The notes beneath the pieces are model-generated. The model ran no database searches, was not told the DNA's origin, and saw only the letters and a program-made list of their open reading frames with translations. A stretch of 64,000 nt of DNA, taken from contig JBDKUN010000059.1 in NCBI GenBank assembly GCA_039679675.1, forward strand, positions 51,105 through 115,104. The letters are read 5' to 3'. Positions 39,291 to 48,578 of the stretch are shown here, piece by piece; within the stretch, counting starts at the first letter, position 1; every line of letters starts with the position of its first letter. The position numbers and the translations under genes are program-made. This DNA is from Armatimonadota bacterium. Lineage in GTDB: Bacteria; Armatimonadota; UBA5829; DTLH01.

Positions 39291-40847
39291 ATGGTTCGAC
39301 GCATAAGGATATTTGATACAACACTCCGCGACGGTGAGCAATCTCCCGGTGCGAGCATGAATATCGAGGAAAAGCTGGAGGTTGCGCGCCAGCTTGCAAG
39401 GCTTAAGGTCGATGTGATCGAAGCCGGATTTCCGATATCTTCCCCCGGTGATTTCGAAGCTGTGAAAGCCATCGCTGAAACAATAAAAGGTCCAGCTATC
39501 GCCGGTTTGTGCCGTGCGAACAAGGCGGACATCGACCGCGCCTGGGAAGCATTGCAGTTTACCAAAAAACCGGTGATCCATACGTTTATTGCTACGTCTG
39601 ATATCCATCTTGAAAAGAAACTTAAAAAGTCGCGGGAAGAAGTGCTGGAAATCGCACAGATGGCTGTGAAGCATGCTAAGAGCTATACAGACAATGTGGA
39701 GTTCTCCGCAGAAGACGCATCCCGCACAGACTTTGATTATCTCTGCCAGGTGGTGGAAGCTGTAATCGATGCAGGTGCGACTGTAGTGAATATCCCGGAT
39801 ACTGTCGGCTATGCGTTACCAAGCGAATTTGGAGAAATGATCCGAAAGCTCATCAAAAAGGTGCCGAATTCGAAAAATGCTGTTTTCAGCGTCCACTGCC
39901 ACAATGACCTCGGTCTTGCAACAGCCAATACGCTCTCAGCCGTTATGAGCGGCGCAGGACAGGTCGAGTGTACCATCAATGGCATTGGCGAACGCGCCGG
40001 GAATGCTGCGCTCGAAGAAATTGTGATGGCTATCAGCACGCGCGCAGACCTGATGGACATTAAGACCAATATAAACACAAAGGAAATCCATCGCGCGAGC
40101 CGCCTTGTTTCCGATGTTACCGGCCTCGCAGTGCAAGTGAACAAAGCTATAGTCGGCGCAAACGCCTTCGCCCATGAAGCAGGTATCCACCAGCACGGCG
40201 TAATGCAGGAGAAGCGGACTTACGAGATAATGGATGCCGAGTCTGTAGGTCTCACCGAAAGCAGGTTGATCCTCGGTAAGCATTCCGGCAGGCATGCGTT
40301 TGAAGAAAAGCTCAAATCGCTCGGCTATCAACTGAATAAAGCCGAACTTGAAAAGGCATTCGAACGTTTTAAAGGACTCGCTGACAAGAAAAAAGAGATT
40401 TTCAACGAGGATATAGAGACGATAGTCGCTCACGAAGTGCGCGCCATCTCAGCTAAATACCTGCTGGAGTGTATGAACGTTATGACCAGCCTGGATGGTA
40501 TCCCGACTGCGACGATCCGCCTGAAGAGCGATGGTGCGGACATCTTGGATGCGGGTATCGGCATCGGCTCGGTCGACGCTGTCTACAAAACGATCGACAA
40601 GATGGTTGATGCCGAGTATACACTGCTCGATTATGTCGTGAAAGCCGTCACCGGCGGCACCGATGCGCTTGGTGAGGTAACAGTGAAACTGTCTGCTCCT
40701 GACGGTGAAGTCTACACCGGCCGCGGCGCAAGCCTGGATATAGTTGAGGCGAGCGCTAAGGCGTATCTAAACGCGATCAACAAGCTGGTCTACTATGAAG
40801 AAAAACACGGCAGCAGCGGGAAACCGAAAGAAAAGCCGTCATTGTAA
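39291..40847 (+). CDS. leuA: 2-isopropylmalate synthase
   Basis: [25 protein letters not shown], and a C-terminal LeuA dimerisation/regulatory domain. Confidence 0.9.
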   Translation: MVRRIRIFDTTLRDGEQSPGASMNIEEKLEVARQLARLKVDVIEAGFPISSPGDFEAVKAIAETIKGPAIAGLCRANKADIDRAWEALQFTKKPVIHTFIATSDIHLEKKLKKSREEVLEIAQMAVKHAKSYTDNVEFSAEDASRTDFDYLCQVVEAVIDAGATVVNIPDTVGYALPSEFGEMIRKLIKKVPNSKNAVFSVHCHNDLGLATANTLSAVMSGAGQVECTINGIGERAGNAALEEIVMAISTRADLMDIKTNINTKEIHRASRLVSDVTGLAVQVNKAIVGANAFAHEAGIHQHGVMQEKRTYEIMDAESVGLTESRLILGKHSGRHAFEEKLKSLGYQLNKAELEKAFERFKGLADKKKEIFNEDIETIVAHEVRAISAKYLLECMNVMTSLDGIPTATIRLKSDGADILDAGIGIGSVDAVYKTIDKMVDAEYTLLDYVVKAVTGGTDALGEVTVKLSAPDGEVYTGRGASLDIVEASAKAYLNAINKLVYYEEKHGSSGKPKEKPSL

Positions 40848-40862
40848 TCGAAGAGAAATTGT

Positions 40863-42125
40863 ATGAAACAAACTATAACTCAAAAAATACTGGCTGCACA
40901 TACCGGTAAGGATGTTGTCGAACCTGGCGAGCTGATCAATGCACGGCTCGATCTGGTGCTGGGGAATGACATTACCGCGCCTATCGCTATCCGTGAGTTC
41001 GAGAGAATTGGCGCCGAGACGGTATTCGACAACGAGAGAGTCGCGCTCGTACCGGACCACTCTACTCCGAATAAGGACATAAAGTCTGCTGAACTCGTAA
41101 AGATAATGCGGGAGTTCGCCCACAAGCACAATATCAAGCACTATTACGAAATCGGCAGGATGGGCATAGAGCACACATTGCTTCCTGACGAGGGGCTTTT
41201 AGGTCCCGGGGATGTAATTATCGGTGCAGACTCGCATACCTGCACATACGGCGCACTTGGTGCATTCTCGACAGGCGTCGGCTCTACTGACCTCGGCTGC
41301 GCAATGGCGCTCGGTGAGACATGGTTCAAAGTACCCGAGCAGATCAAGTTCGTATATTATGGCAGACTCCCGAAATGGGTCAGCGGCAAAGACTTGATCC
41401 TCTACACTATCGGAAAGATAGGTGTAGATGGTGCGTTATATTGTTCAATGGAATTTACCGGAGAGGCAATCTCTGACCTTGATATGGCAGGCCGGTTCAC
41501 GATGTGCAATATGGCAATCGAGGCCGGGGGCAAGAACGGGATCATCGAACCGGATGAAAAGACTCTGGCTTATGTCCAGGGGCGCGCAATCCGCCCGTAT
41601 AAAGTCTATAAGAGCGACCAAGACGCGCAGTACAAGGAAATAGTCGAGATCGATTGTTCCAAACTTGAGCCTGTTGTCAGCTTCCCTCACCTGCCGGAGA
41701 ACGCAAAGCCGGTCAGCGAGTCTACACATGTGAAGATAGACCAGTCCGTCATCGGCTCATGCACGAACGGACGCATTGAAGACTTGCGCATAGCCGCAAT
41801 GGTTTTGAAAGGCCATAAGGTCCATCCCGATGTGAGGCTGATCGTAATTCCTGCGACGCAGGAGATATATTTGCAGTCGGTCAGAGAAGGCCTTACCGAG
41901 GTTTTCGTGGAAGCCGGCGGTGTTGTCAGCACTCCGACCTGCGGGCCATGCCTTGGCGGCCACATGGGCGTTCTCGCAGAAGGTGAGCGTGCTGTCGCGA
42001 CCACAAACCGCAACTTTGTCGGGCGAATGGGACACGCGAAGTCGGAAGTCTATCTGGCCAGCCCTGCTGTCGCTGCTGCCAGTGCCGTGCTTGGGAGGCT
42101 TGGAAGCCCTGAGGAGCTGGATTAA
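40863..42125 (+). CDS. leuC: 3-isopropylmalate dehydratase large subunit
   Basis: Aconitase-type motifs GADSHT, GSCTNGR and TCGPCLG. Confidence 0.9.
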   Translation: MKQTITQKILAAHTGKDVVEPGELINARLDLVLGNDITAPIAIREFERIGAETVFDNERVALVPDHSTPNKDIKSAELVKIMREFAHKHNIKHYYEIGRMGIEHTLLPDEGLLGPGDVIIGADSHTCTYGALGAFSTGVGSTDLGCAMALGETWFKVPEQIKFVYYGRLPKWVSGKDLILYTIGKIGVDGALYCSMEFTGEAISDLDMAGRFTMCNMAIEAGGKNGIIEPDEKTLAYVQGRAIRPYKVYKSDQDAQYKEIVEIDCSKLEPVVSFPHLPENAKPVSESTHVKIDQSVIGSCTNGRIEDLRIAAMVLKGHKVHPDVRLIVIPATQEIYLQSVREGLTEVFVEAGGVVSTPTCGPCLGGHMGVLAEGERAVATTNRNFVGRMGHAKSEVYLASPAVAAASAVLGRLGSPEELD

Positions 42126-42126
42126 A

Positions 42127-42621
42127 ATGATTAAAGGAACAGTACATAAATACGGATCAGATGTCGACACGGATGTCATCATACCGGCGCGTTACTTAAA
42201 TACGAGTGATCCAAAGGAACTTGCATCACATTGTCTGGAAGACATTGACTCGAAATTTGTGAAGAAGGTTCAGCCCGGCGATGTAATCGTTGCGGAGGAC
42301 AATTTCGGCTGCGGATCATCCCGTGAACATGCACCGATTTCGATAAAAGCCTCAGGCGTTTCCTGCGTTATTGCAAACACGTTTGCAAGGATATTCTATC
42401 GCAATGCGATCAATATCGGTCTTCCGATTTTTGAGTGTCCTGAAGCGGTCGCAGGGATAGCAAAAGGCGATACCATTGAAGCCGATCTTGAATCAGGCCG
42501 CATAATGAATGTTACCACTGGAAAATCGTGGCAGGCGAAGCCGTTTCCACCATTCATGAGGCAGCTGATCGATGCCGGTGGGCTTGTAAACTATGCAAAA
42601 ACTAAATTTCGGAGCAGATAG
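42127..42621 (+). CDS. leuD: 3-isopropylmalate dehydratase small subunit
   Basis: ATG 2 nt after the leuC stop. Contains [15 protein letters not shown]-like and [12 protein letters not shown] motifs. Confidence 0.9.
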   Translation: MIKGTVHKYGSDVDTDVIIPARYLNTSDPKELASHCLEDIDSKFVKKVQPGDVIVAEDNFGCGSSREHAPISIKASGVSCVIANTFARIFYRNAINIGLPIFECPEAVAGIAKGDTIEADLESGRIMNVTTGKSWQAKPFPPFMRQLIDAGGLVNYAKTKFRSR

Positions 42622-42623
42622 AT

Positions 42624-43709
42624 ATGCCATATACTATAGCGGTGCTTCCCGGTGATGGAATCGGGGTTGAGATCATTCCGCAGGGAATAAAAGCACTGAA
42701 TGCAGCTGCCAAGAAGCTTGGACTGGAAATAGAATATCAGGAAGCGCTATTTGGGGGAGCAGCAATTGATGCCACAGGCGTACCACTTCCTGATGACACC
42801 CTCAAACTGTGTCTTGAAAGCGATGCGGTCTTTTTGGGAGCTGTCGGCGGCCCTAAATGGGATACTTTCGAACCGGCGCACTTAAGACCGGAACGAGGAG
42901 GACTCCTCCGGCTTAGAAAAGCACTCAGCGTGTATGCAAACCTGCGTCCGGTAGCTGTCTTCAGCGCACTTGCAGAAGGATCCTGCTTGAGACCGGAGAA
43001 AGTCAAAGATGGGGTCAATCTTTTAATCGTTCGAGAACTCACCGGCGGTATTTACTTCGGCCAGCCGAAGGAACGCCGTATGATTGACGGTGAACAGGTT
43101 GCAGTCGATACTTGCATTTACAGCGTTAATGAGATCGAGCGTGTAGCGCATGTCGCATTCAAGCAGGCGATGCACCGCCGAAACAAGGTCACATCCGTCG
43201 ACAAGCAGAACGCGATGGAGACTTCCCGGCTGTGGCGCGAAGTCGTAAGCAGAGTTGCATCACAGTATCCTAAAGTCGAACTTAATCATATGCTTGCCGA
43301 TAATTGCGCGATGCAGCTCCTACGCGATCCGAAGCAGTTTGATGTGATTCTCACAGACAATCTTTTTGGAGACATATTGAGTGACGAGGCATCGATGCTT
43401 CCCGGTTCACTTGGAGTGTTGCCATCTGCGAGCATCGGAGACGGCAATGCCGGGCTTTATGAGCCGATTCATGGATCCGCGCCGGATATAGCAGGCAAAA
43501 ACATCGCAAATCCCATAGCGACAATCCTCACCGCTGCAATGATACTGGAACATGCCTGCGATAGCCATGCTGGTGCGGTAATGATCCGACAGGCAGCTGA
43601 GAAGGTACTGAATAACGGCTACCGGACAGTTGATATTGCTGCGGATGGGTGTAAGACTATCGGCTGCGAGGAAATGGGCAATCTCATAGCCGAAGCTATA
43701 TTGGTTTAG
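42624..43709 (+). CDS. leuB: 3-isopropylmalate dehydrogenase
   Basis: IAVLPGDGIG.E, NLFGDILSDEASMLPGSLG, GLYEPIHGSAPDIAGK. Confidence 0.92.
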   Translation: MPYTIAVLPGDGIGVEIIPQGIKALNAAAKKLGLEIEYQEALFGGAAIDATGVPLPDDTLKLCLESDAVFLGAVGGPKWDTFEPAHLRPERGGLLRLRKALSVYANLRPVAVFSALAEGSCLRPEKVKDGVNLLIVRELTGGIYFGQPKERRMIDGEQVAVDTCIYSVNEIERVAHVAFKQAMHRRNKVTSVDKQNAMETSRLWREVVSRVASQYPKVELNHMLADNCAMQLLRDPKQFDVILTDNLFGDILSDEASMLPGSLGVLPSASIGDGNAGLYEPIHGSAPDIAGKNIANPIATILTAAMILEHACDSHAGAVMIRQAAEKVLNNGYRTVDIAADGCKTIGCEEMGNLIAEAILV

Positions 43710-43734
43710 AGAATATCACCGATTAAAGAATATT

Positions 43735-46044
43735 ATGCGATTTAGATTGATAGTAGTATGCGCTATAATCGCGCTGATGAATATATTACCTGCTCATGCG
43801 GCGGCTAAAGAGGAAGTAGTCTTCTGGTACGGGGCGACCCAGGACGAACAAGCCGCCTACGAGCAGATGATTGCTGAGTTCAACCGCACTCACGCAGATA
43901 TTTTGGTGCGTGGAATGCTCGTACCGCAGAGATATGTCGAGCGTAAGCTGATGCTCTCCGTCTCAGGCGGCGCCCCGCCGGACGTAGTCCGGTTCTACAC
44001 CCACCTTGGAGGAGAAATGATGTCGCGCGGCGGACTAGAGCCGCTGAGCGGGCTTGTTGCGCGCGATAAGTTCGATCTTTCCGATTTTTATCCCGTCGGA
44101 ATCGAGCAAAACACATACAAAGGAAGGCTTTACGGCATACCTTGGATTCTATCGCCGAACGCGCTCTTCTATAACAAAGCGCTGTTCCGTAAAGCCGGTC
44201 TGGACCCGAACCACCCTCCGAAAACATGGAAAGAGCTCGAAGAATATGCCATGAAGCTCACGGTTCGGGATAAAAACGGCAATGTGGAACAGGTCGGCTA
44301 CGCAAACTTCCTGAACAACCCTGCAGACTTCCACATGTACCTCTGGCAGAGCGGTGGAAACCCGCTTTCAGCCGATCTGAAGCATCCGAACTTCACAAGC
44401 CCTGAGGGAATCGGGGTGCTGACCTGGATGCAGGACTTTCTCATCAAAGAAATGGGCACTATGAAGCCCGGAATCTCCCATGCTCAGGCATCTGCCGATG
44501 CTGTAAGGAAGCTGCAGACTTTTAACAGCTCTTTTGTTGGAGCGACACAAGACCCGTTCGGCCTCGGTAAAGTAGCAATGCGGGTAGACAGCCCGTTCCG
44601 CATACCGGCTCTTCTCAAATATTTTCCTAACCTTGATATCGGAGTCGCAGCAGCGCCGTACAGCAAGGTCCGGGCGGTGGAAGTCGTCGGAAACTCGCTT
44701 GTCATCCCGAAAGGCAGCAGGCACAAAGAGGCTGCATGGGAGTTCATCAAGTTCGCATCGACCCGCAAGCAGTCACTCGGCATCTGCAAAGTCGCCGGAC
44801 GCATCCCTGCAAGGATCAGCGCGGCAACATGGCCTGAGTTTTATAACAACCCGCTCGTAAAGCCATTCGTAGACCAAATCAAGTATGGCCGGACAACACC
44901 TGTTGCGCCGGGGTACCGTGAAGTAAGCGATGCGCTCGCAGGAAGCATAGAGATGGCACTGAAAGGCCAGCAGACACCTAAAGCAGCGCTTGATAACGCT
45001 GCTGAAAAGGGCAGCAAAATACTGTACGAAGCGAACGAGGACCCTAACCTGCATCCCAAAATCCCGTGGAAGGCTACAGCTATCATCTCAGGGTTGGTGC
45101 TTCTGCTCGCAATAGCCGCTGTATGCTGCTATACAGCCAGAGAGACACGTCACAGCCGCGCTGCAAGGCGTGAAGCGATGAACTTCTACCTGTTCCTAAG
45201 TCCATGGCTGATCGGGTTCATTGTGCTCACATTCGGCTCTATTGCCGCATCATTGGTGTTCAGTTTTTCAAAATGGGACACCCTAAGCCCAGCCAGGTTT
45301 ATCGGTCTGGATAATTTCATCAACCTGTTTACGAACGACCCCAGGTTCATGAAAGCGCTCGGCAACACGCTTTATTATGCCGCGTTCAGCATACCGCTTG
45401 CGATGATCGGAGGGCTCGCTATCTCAGTCCTGATGAACCAGAAACTCCGGGGGATAAGCATTTTCAGGACGATCTATTACCTGCCTGCGGTTGTTTCCGG
45501 AGTTGCGACAGCGATCCTCTGGCAGTGGATTTTCAACCCGGGCACAGGGATCTTGAACAAGCTCCTGGCGCTCGTGATGAAGACCCCACCCGGCTGGCTT
45601 ATCGACCCGGACTGGTCGAAGCCTGCATTCATCATCATGGGGCTCTGGGCTATCGGCGGGACGATGATTATTTACCTCGCAGGGCTTCAGGGAATACCAG
45701 GAGAGCTTTATGAAGCGTCCAGGATCGACGGCGCATCGGCCTGGCAGCGGTTCAGGAATGTAACACTGCCGCTCCTTACGCCGACGATCTTTTATCAGCT
45801 CATAGTCGGTACAATGGCTGCGTTCCAGTTCTTCCTGCCTGCATACATTATGACGGACGGCGGACCTCAGGACTCGACGCTCTTCTATTCGCTGTATCTG
45901 TTCAGAAACGGCTTCGAATGGATGAAGATTGGCTATGCCTCGGCTATGGCGTGGGTGCTGCTTGCAATCGTAATGGTCATCACTATAATCCAGTTCAAAT
46001 TCGCAAACAGGTGGGTGTATTACGAGGGGGAAAAAGAGAGTTGA
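43735..46044 (+). CDS. fusion protein: extracellular sugar-binding protein (CUT1-type SBP) + extra TM helix + MalF/UgpA-type ABC permease
   Basis: Single uninterrupted 769-aa ORF. It has a signal peptide (..LPAHAAAKEE), an SBP of about 430 aa, a TM helix (AIISGLVLLLAIAAVCCYTA) followed by RETRHSRAARRE, then a six-TM permease with the EAA-type loop (YEASRIDGASAWQRFRNVTLPLL). Confidence 0.8.
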   Translation: MRFRLIVVCAIIALMNILPAHAAAKEEVVFWYGATQDEQAAYEQMIAEFNRTHADILVRGMLVPQRYVERKLMLSVSGGAPPDVVRFYTHLGGEMMSRGGLEPLSGLVARDKFDLSDFYPVGIEQNTYKGRLYGIPWILSPNALFYNKALFRKAGLDPNHPPKTWKELEEYAMKLTVRDKNGNVEQVGYANFLNNPADFHMYLWQSGGNPLSADLKHPNFTSPEGIGVLTWMQDFLIKEMGTMKPGISHAQASADAVRKLQTFNSSFVGATQDPFGLGKVAMRVDSPFRIPALLKYFPNLDIGVAAAPYSKVRAVEVVGNSLVIPKGSRHKEAAWEFIKFASTRKQSLGICKVAGRIPARISAATWPEFYNNPLVKPFVDQIKYGRTTPVAPGYREVSDALAGSIEMALKGQQTPKAALDNAAEKGSKILYEANEDPNLHPKIPWKATAIISGLVLLLAIAAVCCYTARETRHSRAARREAMNFYLFLSPWLIGFIVLTFGSIAASLVFSFSKWDTLSPARFIGLDNFINLFTNDPRFMKALGNTLYYAAFSIPLAMIGGLAISVLMNQKLRGISIFRTIYYLPAVVSGVATAILWQWIFNPGTGILNKLLALVMKTPPGWLIDPDWSKPAFIIMGLWAIGGTMIIYLAGLQGIPGELYEASRIDGASAWQRFRNVTLPLLTPTIFYQLIVGTMAAFQFFLPAYIMTDGGPQDSTLFYSLYLFRNGFEWMKIGYASAMAWVLLAIVMVITIIQFKFANRWVYYEGEKES

Positions 46045-46140
46045 TATACAATAACGTCATGCTGAACTTGATTCAGCATCCATTTCTCCTATGTCACTCT
46101 TGATTCAGGGTCCATCCCTTTCCTGGATTCCGAGTCAAGC

Positions 46141-46203
46141 TCGGAATGACGTTGTGGCGGTTCGGAATGATGTTGTAGTAGTTCGAAATGATGATTTATC
46201 TGA
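46141..46203. repeat. about 2.6 tandem copies of a 21-nt unit upstream of the tRNA-Ala promoter
   Basis: TCGGAATGACGTTGTGGCGGT / TCGGAATGATGTTGTAGTAGT / TCGAAATGATGAT.... Preceded by the hairpin ATTCCGAG-tcaag-CTCGGAAT (46127-46147). Confidence 0.8.
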
Positions 46204-46216
46204 GCTTGAGTTGATG

Positions 46217-46245
46217 TTGACTTGGGTCATGCCCGGTGGTATAAT
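46217..46245 (+). promoter_or_regulatory. near-consensus sigma70 promoter of tRNA-Ala
   Basis: TTGACT, 17-nt spacer, TATAAT, ending 12 nt before the tRNA 5' end. Confidence 0.75.
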
Positions 46246-46257
46246 ATCGATGCTTTT

Positions 46258-46333
46258 GGGGCAGTGGCTCAGCTGGGAGAGCGCCTCCCTCGCACGGAGG
46301 AGGTCGGGAGTTCGAATCTCCTCTGCTCCACCA
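46258..46333 (+). tRNA. tRNA-Ala (anticodon CGC), CCA encoded
   Basis: Acceptor GGGGCAG/CTGCTCC with the G3:U70 Ala identity pair. Anticodon stem CCTCC/GGAGG with loop CTCGCAC. T arm GGGAG-TTCGAAT-CTCCT. Confidence 0.9.
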
Positions 46334-46340
46334 AATAACA

Positions 46341-46381
46341 ACCGGAAGACTATCTATTGTGTGTGGTTTTCCGGTTTTTTT
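46341..46381 (+). terminator. candidate terminator after tRNA-Ala
   Basis: ACCGGAA-21 nt-TTCCGGT followed by a T7 run. The loop is large. Confidence 0.45.
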
Positions 46382-46399
46382 GTATTTATGGGATGAGCT

Positions 46400-48139
46400 A
46401 TGACCGACAATGAAATCCGTGACAAGATGAAAGACCTGCCCGATCTGCCCGGGCTTGAAACCATCGAGCCCAGAGACACCTCGATAGTCATTATCTTCAT
46501 GCTTCTGGTCTTTATGGCTGTTATGCTGACGCCTATTGTCTCAGTAGCAATCCGCTACGGCAAGTTCATAGACCAGCGCGGTAAAGTGCTTATTATTATC
46601 TGTGTTGCGCTTTTAGTGTGGGCTATACTCAGGCTTCTGTCAGGTTATTATCGGTTCAAGACTGATGCGAATGGCCTCACGATGATCGGCGTGCTGCACA
46701 GAAGGTTCATCCCGTGGATCAACGTGAAAGAAGCACTTATTACGAAAACGAAAATCAGCAATTATAGCCTGGTCCTCAAGACACAGCACGGCACTGTGAA
46801 GTTCGAACCAAGAAACTGGGGACTGATAGCATCCACTTGGCAGCATTTAGGGCGCCTTGGACGAGCTGACAGCATGGTCTTACCGCCGCAAGCGCTTGCT
46901 TTCTGGGAACCGGTGCCGGACGATGTGCCGCAAGAGCTCGACTGGTCGAAGAAAAGCGCTGCTGGGGATATAATTTCCGCTTCAGTAGTCGTTCTATTCT
47001 TCGGTGGCATAGCCATATATTTGTGGTTTTCGGTTAAGACACTGTGGTCTCCTATGGGACTTCTAATAATCTGGCTGACAATATCAATGTTTATAATGCT
47101 GAAATGGCTGCTGCTTCCAGAGGCTTTACACAAACCCTGGCGCATCAGAGTGCGGGAAGACTATATCGAAGCAAACCTGCCTTTTTCCAAAGCCTACATC
47201 CCATGGTCAGAGATAACATCTGCACATTTCGCTAACAATAATAGCAGCGAGTTAATAATCAAATACGGCAGACGGAAATCAGAAATACGGATTTTCTATA
47301 TGCAGGGCAAGAAGGAACTGGAAGACCTTGTACTGGCAATCATCCGTAAACTTCGTGCTTCGAGCGGAGTCGCAATAGAAATGCCGGAGTTCTACTCAAG
47401 AAATCCCGAAGCACTGTACAAACCGGCATACTCGTCTCAAGAATGTCAGCGGAAGGTACGAGCTTTTCTGAATACCCTCGACCCGCCTGTCAGGAAGAAG
47501 GTTTCGAACCTTTACTATGCTCAGTATCTCTCCATCTTTTTGGGATGCGCTGCTGCCTTCGCTGTAATGTTCGGTTCACCATTCGAACGTATTTCGCGTA
47601 GATTGCACAGCACGCCGAATATGCAGTTTTTCTTCACTGGCGTAGACATGTGGCTTTTTCTCGCTACGGGCGTTGTATTTGGTACTGTTGTCATTGCTAT
47701 TATTAATCGAACCGGAATCAAAATGCCCAGTCCTTATCGTGAAGCCTGGATAGAATTACGAAAGGTTCAGTCTCAAGGAAAACTCGACACAATAGCAATT
47801 AAAATCTTTCTGATTATTGCAGCAGTGTCACTCCTTGCCAGCGTCCCAGCTTTCGACTCTTACACCCGCATCACCGATAAGGGCATAACCACGAATGGCT
47901 TCTGGAGTTTCGGACACGAGGATTTTCACTCTTGGAACCATGTCAAACGGGTAATCGTCCACGAAACCCTTACTTCGAAGTGCGACAATATAACTTACGA
48001 AGTGATCTTTACCGACGGCAAGCGTTGGAAAGCCGATCAGGGGAATTTAGGCCTATTGTGCAGCAAAGATCTCGACAACGCTATCAATTATATCGCCGAA
48101 AAGTCAGGCAAATATATGGAGTATCCGCAGCAACCCTAA
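46400..48139 (+). CDS. hypothetical polytopic membrane protein built from three (2 TM + small soluble domain) modules
   Basis: 579-aa ORF. Pairs of hydrophobic helices are each followed by similar segments (YYRFKTDANGLTMIG..FIPWINV / WRIRVREDYIEAN..YIPWSEI / YTRITDKGITTNG..FHSWNHV). Confidence 0.6.
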   Translation: MTDNEIRDKMKDLPDLPGLETIEPRDTSIVIIFMLLVFMAVMLTPIVSVAIRYGKFIDQRGKVLIIICVALLVWAILRLLSGYYRFKTDANGLTMIGVLHRRFIPWINVKEALITKTKISNYSLVLKTQHGTVKFEPRNWGLIASTWQHLGRLGRADSMVLPPQALAFWEPVPDDVPQELDWSKKSAAGDIISASVVVLFFGGIAIYLWFSVKTLWSPMGLLIIWLTISMFIMLKWLLLPEALHKPWRIRVREDYIEANLPFSKAYIPWSEITSAHFANNNSSELIIKYGRRKSEIRIFYMQGKKELEDLVLAIIRKLRASSGVAIEMPEFYSRNPEALYKPAYSSQECQRKVRAFLNTLDPPVRKKVSNLYYAQYLSIFLGCAAAFAVMFGSPFERISRRLHSTPNMQFFFTGVDMWLFLATGVVFGTVVIAIINRTGIKMPSPYREAWIELRKVQSQGKLDTIAIKIFLIIAAVSLLASVPAFDSYTRITDKGITTNGFWSFGHEDFHSWNHVKRVIVHETLTSKCDNITYEVIFTDGKRWKADQGNLGLLCSKDLDNAINYIAEKSGKYMEYPQQP

Positions 48140-48243
48140 CGTCGGCTCATGTCCTTTGTGTAGTTGCATCCGTCGAACGCATCTGAATGGCTATATGGAA
48201 CGATTGCAACAGCGGTACCAGGAAAACGACAGTATTTCCCCGT

Positions 48244-48361
48244 TGCATCGGACTGCTTGCTGCCGATGCAGGGCTGACAGACCCGGAAAACAGTGGAAAA
48301 GTCAGACGCATGTGCCTCGACACCTCCGGCGTCGGCTTCGGTAGCAAGCGAACCGAAGCAA
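48244..48361. repeat. inverted pair of REP-like elements
   Basis: TGCATCGG-actgcttgctg-CCGATGCA (48244-48270) and CTCGACACCTcCGG..GCTTCGG-tagcaagcgaa-CCGAAGCAA (48316-48361). Confidence 0.7.
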
Positions 48362-48453
48362 CAAATGCCGTCACTTTTTGCAGGGTGAACACTCCCCCAC
48401 AACTTCGCCAAATGCGACATGAAATGCCTCCCAAAAACGCTTTTCCGTATCTG

Positions 48454-48462
48454 TGTTATAAT
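48454..48462 (+). promoter_or_regulatory. candidate extended -10 promoter of the DEAD-box helicase gene
   Basis: TGtTATAAT with no good -35. It would give a leader of about 110 nt before the TTG start. Confidence 0.35.
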
Positions 48463-48578
48463 GAACTGCATTGTTACGTTGTTTGGGCATTGGCCTGGTT
48501 GTTTGCTGAGATCTTCAGTTCGGCTGGCTCACCCGCCTCAGCCTCGGAGACAATATTATACAACCAGGAGACCATGTA

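Noticed and set aside
41920-42126. N-terminal extension of the leuD ORF (ORF track start 41920)
   Set aside because: The extension overlaps the 3' end of leuC in another frame. The conserved LeuD sequence begins at [10 protein letters not shown] (42127), 2 nt after the leuC stop.
46141-46203. CRISPR-like array
   Set aside because: The units are directly abutting 21-mers with no spacers, there are only about 2.6 copies, and no cas genes are present. The TTCGCG units at 28352-28386 are likewise too short and contiguous.
46091-46396. 101-aa plus-strand ORF (and the 68-aa minus-strand ORF at 46135..46341)
   Set aside because: They run through the 21-nt tandem repeats, the promoter and the tRNA-Ala gene itself. 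These are translation artefacts (VVAVRNDVVVVRNDD comes from the repeat).
48136-48471. 111-aa minus-strand and 131-aa plus-strand ORFs in the spacer before the helicase gene
   Set aside because: They have no RBS and their translations are dominated by the REP palindromes. The region is better explained as REP pair plus promoter/leader.
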